Of a stretch of DNA of 9,185 nt, positions 1-5,793 are shown piece by piece. The translations under genes were made by a program, and so were the position numbers. Below the pieces are notes generated by a model. The model did no database searches and was not told where the DNA came from. It saw nothing but the letters and a program-made list of their open reading frames with translations. Source of the stretch: a metagenome. Position 1 is the stretch's first letter. Each line of letters starts with the position of its first letter. The stretch is taken from sequence record MDTC01048866.1, one strand, 5' to 3'.

Positions 1-64
1 CGCGACGAGGACGACGAGGAGCCGTCGACGACGCGTCTCCATCGTCGACGTCAATCTTCACACG

Positions 65-364
65 ATGGCGACGACGCGCGCGACCGTTCGCGCGCTCCCT
101 CGGACGAGAATCCCCACGAACGCGAGGAACGCGAGGAACGCGACGAGGACGTCCGCGCCGTCTCCTCGCTTGTCTCCACCACCGCGCGCGATCCCGTTGT
201 GGAGAGTCCCGGACGGGTCCAACCCGCTCGAGGCGCTCTTCGCGAGCGACTCCCCGATCGACGGTCTCGGCGCGCTCACCGGGTACTGGTACGCCGACGT
301 CTTCGCGGCGATGAACGTGGCTTTGCTCCTCGCCCTCGCTCTGTACGCGTCGGACGGCGAGTGA
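65..364 (+). CDS. Hypothetical small protein (99 aa) with an Arg/Thr/Ser/Pro-rich presequence-like N-terminus and one C-terminal hydrophobic helix
   Basis: ATG at 65 and TGA at 362-364. Third-codon positions are very strongly G/C, as in the confident genes of this window. The C-terminus GALTGYWYADVFAAMNVALLLALALYASDGE looks like a single transmembrane helix. I recognise no family. The frame stays open upstream to the window edge, so the true start could lie outside the window. Confidence 0.45.
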   Translation: MATTRATVRALPRTRIPTNARNARNATRTSAPSPRLSPPPRAIPLWRVPDGSNPLEALFASDSPIDGLGALTGYWYADVFAAMNVALLLALALYASDGE

Positions 365-408
365 GACGACCGATTCGTTCGCGTCGCGCGCGCGTCCCCG
401 CGGGTCCT

Positions 409-445
409 CTGAACCCTTGTCGGACAACTAAACCCTTGTCGGACA
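409..445 (+). repeat. Tandem direct repeat, 2 copies with 19-bp period (CTGAACCCTTGTCGGACA / CTAAACCCTTGTCGGACA)
   Basis: Copy 1 is 409-426 and copy 2 is 428-445, 17/18 identical, read directly. It lies in the spacer between the small ORF stop (364) and the tRNA (540). Confidence 0.8.
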
Positions 446-539
446 CCCACAACCTTGACGACATCACGCCCGACGCGTCGGCAGTGTAGATTTTACGAAC
501 GGTTCATCGCCAGTAGACGTCATACAAAGACATACGCAC

Positions 540-652
540 GGGGATGTGGTCTAGTGGTATGATTCTCCCTTCGGGTGATTTACCCAGCGCTGAAGTGCGC
601 TCAATACGAAAGAATGTGGGAGAGGCCCCGAGTTCGATTCTCGGCATCCCCC
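540..652 (+). tRNA. tRNA-Pro (anticodon CGG) with a 41-nt intron at the canonical 37/38 position
   Basis: Hand-folded cloverleaf. Acceptor 540-546 GGGGATG pairs perfectly with 645-651 CATCCCC, and the discriminator is C652. D-arm is GTCT/AGTGGTA/TGAT. Anticodon stem 565-569 CTCCC pairs with 618-622 GGGAG. The loop TTCGGG..T gives anticodon CGG at 572-574. Variable loop is AGGCC. T-arm is CCGAG-TTCGATT-CTCGG (628-644). The mature length would be 72 nt. A-box-like TGGTCTAGTGG (547-557) and B-box-like AGTTCGATTCT (631-641) are present. Confidence 0.85.
576..616 (+). other. tRNA intron (41 nt)
   Basis: It interrupts the anticodon loop after position 37; the boundary can shift by 1 nt because T576 equals T617. 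ACCC (582-585) is complementary to GGGT (573-576) of the anticodon region. There is an internal 5-bp hairpin, AGCGC 586-590 with GCGCT 597-601. Confidence 0.75.
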
Positions 653-682
653 GTTATTTAAGGGCTATTACGCCTATCAATC

Positions 683-687
683 TTTTT
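683..687 (+). terminator. Candidate RNA polymerase III terminator (T5 run)
   Basis: TTTTT lies 31 nt downstream of the tRNA 3' end. The weaker TTATTT at 654-659 sits immediately after the discriminator base. Confidence 0.35.
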
Positions 688-794
688 ATCTACGTCGTGA
701 CCCATCGATCGCGAGGCTCGCCGCGCGCCGTTGGATGAGAAGTCGAAGCGTCGTCACGTGGCGTCGCGCGTTGTGCTGTGCTATAATAATGCTA

Positions 795-799
795 TTACA
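795..799 (-). terminator. Candidate green-algal poly(A) signal TGTAA for KRI1
   Basis: The + strand TTACA reads TGTAA on the minus strand, 17 nt downstream of the KRI1 stop codon (816-818). UGUAA is the known chlorophyte polyadenylation signal; its use here is inferred. Confidence 0.35.
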
Positions 800-815
800 A
801 CGATGCGTTGCATAC

Positions 816-3044
816 TCACGAATCGAGCGTCGCGGTCTCGGCCGCGGCGGCTTTTCTCTTGGCTCTCTTTTTGGCGTTTTTCTTGGCGTTTTTGCCGACG
901 GCCCGTCGCGGTTCGAGCGGTTTTTCGTCGTCGTCGTCGTCGCCGTGCGATTTCTTCGCTCTCTTGCTCGAAGAGGACTTGCTCTTCTTCTTTCCGAACG
1001 CGGCGTCCGCGTACGATTTGGCGCGCGCCTCCGCGGCGTCGTCTTCGTCTTCGTCGTCGCCTACGTCGTCGTCGTCGTCCCTCTTTTTCTTCGTGCCCTT
1101 ACGATTACCCTTTGTCTTCTTCTTATCGGTAGACTTGGCGTAGAATTCTTTCGCCATGCGACGCGCGCGCGCGCGTTGGTTCGCGCTCACCGCCGCGTCG
1201 TCGGCGTCTTCTCTGTACGGCGCGAGTTTCTTCAAACCGACGATTTGGTTCAACGACTTATCGTCCATCTGGAGAATATCGCGCGTCGTCAGACCGAACA
1301 TTTTCGGCGCCAACTCGGTGTACGCGAAACGAGTCGGGACGTCGCCGATGAAATCTTCAGCGTCCAACTTGTAATACTCGTCCATCTTGGCCTCGAGTTG
1401 TTTTCGCCATTTTTTCGCCGCGCGTTTACTAAACTTGTTCTCCTCTATGTCGTTTTCGTTGTTGTCGTCGATGTCATCGTCACCGTCGTCATCGTCGTCG
1501 TCGTCGGCACCAAGTTCCTCCTCCTCCTCCTCGCCCTCCTCCTCGTCCGCTCCCTCCGCCGCTAACATTTCCTTCACTTCGTCCTCCAAGTCGCCGAATT
1601 CGGGCTTGGCGCCGAGCTCGCCGTCGTCTTCGTAATACTCCTCGCCGTACATCTCTCGCATGGCTCTGTCGTGCGCCTCGGGATCAAACTCCTCGGTGAG
1701 GTTGGTCACTTTGAGAGACGACGCCGAGGTTTTGCTCGACAGACCGCCGACGGCGGAGATTTGACGCATCTTATTATCGATCTCTTCGCGCTTGAGATTC
1801 TTCAATCGACGAATCTCGGCCAAGAGTTTCGCGCGCTCGGATTCCTTGCGCTCGCGAACTTGTTTACGCTTATCGCGTCTCTTCGTGTCCTCGCGACGAA
1901 CTAAACCCTCGATGTGACGCGAGTGCGACACCAACTTATCCGCGCCGGGCTCTTCGAACCGAAAGTTGTAGTTGTGTTCAAACGCCTCGGTGCGCTCGAG
2001 GAGCTCGGAATCGCTCGATTCGTCGTCGCCGTCCGACCCCTTCGCATCGTCGTCCGACCCGCTCTCGTCGTCGTCATCGTTCCCACCGAGCGTTTTCATG
2101 CGCGCGGCGACGCTCTTTGTATCGTCCTTCATCCACTGTTTCTCCAAGACGTACTCGCGAAGGAATTTATCCTCGGCGGATAACTTTTCCTCGTCTCCGA
2201 AGAATTCCGATAATTTCTCCGTCGCCGCCGACGCGTCTTCGGCGCGAGATTTCACCACCAATCCACCGTCATCGTCCGACTCGTCGCTCTCGCTCTCGCT
2301 CCCACTCTCGCCTCCATCGTTCCCGAACGCGGCGTCCTTGAACGCGCGTTTGAGCGCCGCCTGTTCCTCCACGTACGACGGCGCGTCGTCCCTCGTCTTC
2401 ATCGCCTCCGCCTCCGCCTCGGCGTCCTCCAACGCCGTCGCGCCTCCCTCCAACAATTGACGCGCCGTCACCTCACGAAGCGTCGCCTTCTTCTTCTTCT
2501 CCTTCGTCTTCTCCTCCTCCTCCTCCTCCTCCGTCGTCTCGTCGTCGAAGAGCTTCGTCTCCTCGTCGTACAGACTCGGATCCCGACTTCGAATCTTCGT
2601 CAGCGCCTCCGCGAACGCCCCATCGAACGCGCGCTCGAGCGTTTCCTCTTCATCGCTCTCCGTCTCGCTCGAATCGCTCGCCGACTCCCCCTCCGATCCG
2701 CTCCCGGACGTCCCGTCCCGAGGCGCGAGCGCGCGCGTCGCGTACTCGCGTTCGAGCTTGGCTTGCAATCGATGCATCTCCTTCCGTCGCTCGTTGTGTT
2801 CGAACCGTTTCGCGAACGCGCGATTGATGGTGAGTCCATCGTCGTCGTCGTCGCTCTTCGTCTCGTCGCCGTCGTCGCCGTCGTCGCGACGCTCGGAATC
2901 CGAGTCGTCGTCGAAGAGCGCGCCGCCGCCGGTGTTTCGAGAACGCACGTCCTCGTCCTCGTCGTCCTCGCTCGAGGACGAGGACGAGGACACGGACGAG
3001 GACGAGGACGAGGACGACGTCCGCGGAGGGTCCGTGCGCGTCAT
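816..3044 (-). CDS. KRI1: KRI1 homologue (nucleolar small-subunit ribosome biogenesis factor), 742 aa, single exon
   Basis: ATG (CAT at 3042-3044) to TGA (816-818). KRI1-family blocks are present: LTINRAFAKRFEHNERRKEMHRLQ, FLREYVLEKQWMKDD, FEHNYNFRFEEPGADKLVSHSR..EGLVRREDTKRRDKRK, and the C-terminal RFAYTELAPKMFGLTTRDILQMDDKSLNQIVGLKKLAPYRED. It also has the long acidic and Ser/Lys-rich tracts typical of the family. Confidence 0.9.
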   Translation of the reverse strand: MTRTDPPRTSSSSSSSSVSSSSSSSEDDEDEDVRSRNTGGGALFDDDSDSERRDDGDDGDETKSDDDDDGLTINRAFAKRFEHNERRKEMHRLQAKLEREYATRALAPRDGTSGSGSEGESASDSSETESDEEETLERAFDGAFAEALTKIRSRDPSLYDEETKLFDDETTEEEEEEEKTKEKKKKATLREVTARQLLEGGATALEDAEAEAEAMKTRDDAPSYVEEQAALKRAFKDAAFGNDGGESGSESESDESDDDGGLVVKSRAEDASAATEKLSEFFGDEEKLSAEDKFLREYVLEKQWMKDDTKSVAARMKTLGGNDDDDESGSDDDAKGSDGDDESSDSELLERTEAFEHNYNFRFEEPGADKLVSHSRHIEGLVRREDTKRRDKRKQVRERKESERAKLLAEIRRLKNLKREEIDNKMRQISAVGGLSSKTSASSLKVTNLTEEFDPEAHDRAMREMYGEEYYEDDGELGAKPEFGDLEDEVKEMLAAEGADEEEGEEEEEELGADDDDDDDGDDDIDDNNENDIEENKFSKRAAKKWRKQLEAKMDEYYKLDAEDFIGDVPTRFAYTELAPKMFGLTTRDILQMDDKSLNQIVGLKKLAPYREDADDAAVSANQRARARRMAKEFYAKSTDKKKTKGNRKGTKKKRDDDDDVGDDEDEDDAAEARAKSYADAAFGKKKSKSSSSKRAKKSHGDDDDDEKPLEPRRAVGKNAKKNAKKRAKRKAAAAETATLDS
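2951..3018. repeat. Imperfect inverted repeat and hexanucleotide repeat: (CCTCGT)n followed by (GAGGAC)3..(GACGAG)3
   Basis: Read directly. 2962-2970 pairs with 2973-2981 (9 bp, 2-nt loop), and after a 3-nt bulge 8 more bp pair. On the minus strand this encodes SSSSSSSSVSSSSSSS followed by EDDEDED near the KRI1 N-terminus. Confidence 0.75.
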
Positions 3045-3127
3045 CGCGCGCTCGCGCGTCGACGTGTTCGGCCGAGGCGCGTAGACGCCGCGCGCGATGA
3101 TGGGCGCACTCGAGTCCCCCAGGGATC

Positions 3128-3160
3128 ACGGGTCATGACTCAATGAACGAGTCACGACCC
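3128..3160. promoter_or_regulatory. Motif copies A (ACGGGTCATGACTC, 3128-3141) and B (CGAGTCACGACCC, 3148-3160) forming a near-palindrome
   Basis: GGGTCATGACTC (3130-3141) is the reverse complement of GAGTCACGACCC (3149-3160) with one mismatch, separated by a 7-nt spacer. It contains the TGACTC/GAGTCA core and the palindrome GTCATGAC. Confidence 0.55.
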
Positions 3161-3175
3161 GAGAATGTGGGCATC

Positions 3176-3186
3176 GACGTCACGTG
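3176..3186. promoter_or_regulatory. Overlapping ACGT-core elements GACGTCACGTG (CRE/C-box-like half-site plus CACGTG G-box/E-box)
   Basis: Read directly; CACGTG is at 3181-3186. Any function as a bZIP/bHLH site is inference. Confidence 0.4.
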
Positions 3187-3310
3187 TGGTACCATCGCAT
3201 CGCGAATCGGACGTTTCGTGCGTACCCTGTGTGAAAATACACCATGTGGGGGGTACGTTCTGAACCTCATCCACCAGGTGTCGTCGTCGCGGGTGAGGAG
3301 GGACTCCTGA

Positions 3311-3325
3311 CGAGTCATGACCCGT
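3311..3325 (+). promoter_or_regulatory. Motif copy C (CGAGTCATGACCCGT), 41 nt upstream of the squalene epoxidase ATG
   Basis: 3312-3325 is the exact 14-nt reverse complement of 3128-3141. 3311-3323 matches copy B in 12 of 13 positions in direct orientation. Confidence 0.55.
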
Positions 3326-3365
3326 CGTGGTCGTCATACACGATGCGCGCGGATGCGCGCGACCG

Positions 3366-5144
3366 ATGACGCGCGCGTCTCGTCGTCGTCGCTTCGCCAG
3401 TCTCGCGCGCGCGTCCAAGGGTGCGTCGAGCGTTGAGACGAGCGTCGCGTCGACCGTCGAAACGTCGAACGTCGACCGTCGACCGTCGTCGTCGTCGCGA
3501 ATTCGCGCGACCCATCGAGCGCCATCGGCCCGTTCGTCCGGTCGAGGAACGCGCGGTCGAGCGTCGCGCGAGGGCGTCATGGGAAGCTCTCGCGAGGCGT
3601 TCGGTTCGCGATCGACACGCGCGAGCGAGGATGCGAGCGCGGCGCCGGCGCGAGAGGCGAGGGGGGACGACGCGGGCGCGTGGGACGTCGTCGTCGTCGG
3701 CGCGGGCGTGGCGGGGGCGAGTCTGGCGCACTCGTTCGGGAAGCAAGGTCGGCGCGTGTTGTGCGTGGAGCGAGATTTGAGCGAACCGGATCGAATCGTG
3801 GGGGAGTTGTTACAGCCCGGTGGATACTTAAAGCTGAAAGAGCTCGGATTGGAGTCGTGCGTCGAGGGCATCGACGCGCAAAAGGTGTACGGGTACACGA
3901 TGTTTAAGAACGGCGAGGTGGCGACGATGATGTACCCGCTCGAGGGACGCTCGGAAGACGTCGCGGGACGGAGTTTTCATAACGGGCGATTCGTGCAAAA
4001 GCTTCGAGAGGCGGCGCGCGCGGTCGAGGGCGTGGAGCTTCGTCAAGGGACGGTGAAGAAGCTGCTCAACGCGCGGGGCGAGGAGTGGACCGAGGGCGAG
4101 ACGGTGGCGGGAGTGTCGTACACCACCGGGGAAACCTGGGACGCCAAGGCGCAAAAGGTGATTCCCGGGTCGAGCGTCACCAAGACGGTGTTCGCACCGC
4201 TCACGGTGGTGTGCGATGGCCATTTTAGCAGTTTGCGCTCCAAGTTGAGTCCGCAGTCGTCGCCGAATCACCCGAGCCACTTCGTCGGGGTGATTTTGAA
4301 GGGGGCGCCGAGCGACTTGTTGCCGAACAGTAGCCACGGTCACGTCGTGCTCGGTGACCCGTCGCCGGTGCTGTTTTATCCAATCTCATCCAACGAAGTG
4401 CGATGCTTGGTGGATATTCCCGCGTCGGTGAAGATGCCGAGCGTGGCCAAGGGGGAGATGGCCAAGTACGTGTTGGAGAAGATTGTGCCGCAGGTTCCGG
4501 AGCAGCTTCGACCGCACCTCGTGTTCGCGGTGGAGCAAGGAAACTTTAGATCGATGCCGAACAAGACGATGGCGGCGAAACCGACGCGAACTCCAGGAGC
4601 CGTGCTCTTGGGCGACGCGTTCAACATGCGACACCCGCTCACGGGCGGCGGCATGACGGTGGCGCTCAACGACATCTCCACCTTTAAGTCGATGCTCTCG
4701 CCGTTACCGAAATTTTCGGACCCCGTGGAGACCGGGGCGAAGCTCGACGAGTTTTACCGCCACCGCACGCGACCGGCGTTGACGATAAATACGCTCGCCA
4801 ACGCGCTGTACGCCGTCTTTTGCTCGAGCAGCGACTCGAGCATGGAAGAAATGCGCCAGGCGTGTTTCGAGTACCTCAAGCTCGGTGGAAGTTACGCGCG
4901 CGGTCCGATTGCGCTCTTGGGCGGTCTCGATCCGAATCCACTCAATCTGGTGAATCACTTTTTTAGCGTCGCACTCTTCGGCATCGGACGTCTCATGGTG
5001 CCGCTTCCGACGCCCGAGCGTCTGCTCCAGAGCGGTAACATTTTAGCCGGGGCGTGCAAGATCATCTTCCCCATCGTCAAGGGCGAGGGGTTCGCGCGCA
5101 TGTTCTTTCCAGCGTGGCTTCGAACGCGTCTAGGAATCATTTAG
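3366..5144 (+). CDS. SQE: Squalene monooxygenase (squalene epoxidase), about 592 aa, single exon
   Basis: Family blocks are present: WDVVVVGAGVAGASLAHSFGKQGRRVLCVERDLSEPDRIVGELLQPGGYLKLKELGL (FAD GxGxxG fold), GRSFHNGRFVQKLR, PLTVVCDGHFSSLRSKL and LLGDAFNMRHPLTGGGMTVALNDI, plus a hydrophobic C-terminus. The stop is TAG at 5142-5144. The track start at 3327 is GTG. The first in-frame ATG is 3366, and ATG 3579 (MGSSREAF) is an alternative. Confidence 0.9.
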   Translation: MTRASRRRRFASLARASKGASSVETSVASTVETSNVDRRPSSSSRIRATHRAPSARSSGRGTRGRASREGVMGSSREAFGSRSTRASEDASAAPAREARGDDAGAWDVVVVGAGVAGASLAHSFGKQGRRVLCVERDLSEPDRIVGELLQPGGYLKLKELGLESCVEGIDAQKVYGYTMFKNGEVATMMYPLEGRSEDVAGRSFHNGRFVQKLREAARAVEGVELRQGTVKKLLNARGEEWTEGETVAGVSYTTGETWDAKAQKVIPGSSVTKTVFAPLTVVCDGHFSSLRSKLSPQSSPNHPSHFVGVILKGAPSDLLPNSSHGHVVLGDPSPVLFYPISSNEVRCLVDIPASVKMPSVAKGEMAKYVLEKIVPQVPEQLRPHLVFAVEQGNFRSMPNKTMAAKPTRTPGAVLLGDAFNMRHPLTGGGMTVALNDISTFKSMLSPLPKFSDPVETGAKLDEFYRHRTRPALTINTLANALYAVFCSSSDSSMEEMRQACFEYLKLGGSYARGPIALLGGLDPNPLNLVNHFFSVALFGIGRLMVPLPTPERLLQSGNILAGACKIIFPIVKGEGFARMFFPAWLRTRLGII

Positions 5145-5187
5145 CGTCGGCGCGAACCGGTTGGCGACTCCGTATCGTACTATTATA

Positions 5188-5192
5188 TTACA
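5188..5192 (-). terminator. Candidate poly(A) signal TGTAA for BET3
   Basis: The + strand TTACA reads TGTAA on the minus strand, 8 nt downstream of the BET3 stop (5200-5202), inside the 55-bp convergent spacer. Confidence 0.3.
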
Positions 5193-5199
5193 CTCGCCC

Positions 5200-5793
5200 T
5201 CACTCGTCGAACGGATACTCCTCGGGCACGAGCTCCAAGAGCTTGACGCGAATCGCAAACTTCTCCCCCGTTCCGCGCAACGGATCGCTCTCGAACGAAC
5301 ACGCCGTGCGCACCCGCACCGCCTCCAACGCGCCCTGAATCGTCCCGCACAGCGCGTTACAGTAATACAGATCCCCGTACCTCTTCGGCAGCTCCACAAA
5401 CTCCGCCAGAGGATTACTCTCCATCTCGATCACGCACTCATCCCTCTCCTCGCTCCAATCCCTCGTCCTCGCCTCGACGTTTAAAAACATCTTCAATCCA
5501 ACCTTGGCCGTCATCTCCATCGCATCCTCGAACGACCGACACCCCCCCGCGCTCGCGTTCGTCTTCGCCAGGTACTCCTCGATGATCCTCGCCCCGATAG
5601 ACCGTCCGATTCGCTCCAACGCCCCGTTCGTCGCCTCCACGTCGTCCTCGTGGTCGCGCAAAATCTGCCGAACGAAGGCGCCGTGCGTGAGCGCGAACAG
5701 TTCCGCGTTCACCTTCTCCGCCCCGTTCCAACACGCGCCACCGAGCGTCTCCGGACGCACGCGACGAGGCGTCGTCTGCGCGTTCGGCGCCAT
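5200..5793 (-). CDS. BET3: TRAPP complex subunit BET3/TRAPPC3, 197 aa, single exon
   Basis: From the internal ATG (CAT at 5791-5793) the protein reads MAPNAQ...AELFALTHGAFVRQILRDHEDD...IGARIIEEYLAKTN..GGCRSFEDAMEMTAKVGLKMFLNV...NPLAEFVELP...LYYCNALCGTIQGALEAV. As I recall the family, this is collinear with BET3 over its whole length, including the conserved acylated Cys context. The 107-codon upstream extension in the track (to 6114) has no BET3-like sequence and overlaps the neighbouring gene. Confidence 0.88.
   Translation of the reverse strand: MAPNAQTTPRRVRPETLGGACWNGAEKVNAELFALTHGAFVRQILRDHEDDVEATNGALERIGRSIGARIIEEYLAKTNASAGGCRSFEDAMEMTAKVGLKMFLNVEARTRDWSEERDECVIEMESNPLAEFVELPKRYGDLYYCNALCGTIQGALEAVRVRTACSFESDPLRGTGEKFAIRVKLLELVPEEYPFDE

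Larger units (their letters stand above)
3045..3365. promoter_or_regulatory. Bidirectional promoter / 5'UTR region shared by divergent KRI1 and squalene epoxidase
   Basis: This is a 321-bp spacer between two divergent ATGs (3044 on minus, 3366 on plus). It is less GC-rich than its flanks and contains the repeated motif and the ACGT-core cluster listed separately. Promoter function is inferred from position. Confidence 0.6.

Noticed and set aside
427-437. Telomere-like AACTAAACCCT as evidence of an interstitial telomere or chromosome end; the same 11-mer also occurs at 1899-1909
   Set aside because: There is only about 1.3 repeat units and no array. The second occurrence is inside KRI1 coding sequence (GLV codons), and 11-mer coincidences are expected at this window size.
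58-450. 130-aa minus ORF, overlapping + ORFs 199..489 and 276..467, and a possible minus-strand ATG at 40-42 running off the window
   Set aside because: The minus and off-frame ORFs overlap the GC3-biased 65..364 frame and give Arg-rich nonsense. The ATG at 40-42 leaves only 14 codons in the window, too few to support a feature.
544-738. 64-aa ORF on the + strand
   Set aside because: It lies on top of the tRNA-Pro gene and its AT-richer 3' flank, and the tRNA structure fully explains the sequence.
735-1565. Long + strand ORFs (735..1565, 731..1132, 808..1143, 1387..1635, 1972..2460, 2457..3146, 2758..3084) opposite KRI1
   Set aside because: They are antisense or off-frame to a well-supported KRI1 CDS. 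Their translations are low-complexity (poly-V/R/S/L) mirror images of acidic and Ser codon repeats. This is typical of GC-rich DNA, which has few stop codons.
3143-3310. 55-codon + strand ORF (MNESRPENVGIDVTCG...) in the KRI1/squalene epoxidase spacer, a possible uORF or small gene
   Set aside because: Its GC3 (about 70% by eye) is clearly lower than in the real genes. It has no recognisable motif and spans the promoter motifs. It could only matter as a uORF if the squalene epoxidase TSS lies upstream of 3143, which I cannot tell.
3327-3365. ORF-track starts at 3327 (squalene epoxidase) and 5850 (LETM1-like)
   Set aside because: Both are GTG codons (gtggtcgtc at 3327, gtgtcgagg at 5850). A eukaryotic nuclear gene is expected to start at ATG, so I moved the starts to 3366 and to 6036 (or 5898).
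3152-3898. Minus-strand ORFs 3152..3898 and 3315..3746, plus + ORFs 3421..3780 and 3680..3907 and other ORFs inside the squalene epoxidase gene (3828..4343, 4376..4681, 4704..4958)
   Set aside because: They overlap the squalene epoxidase CDS or its upstream spacer in other frames. They are Arg/Ser/Thr-rich with no recognisable motifs, and squalene epoxidase homology explains the region.
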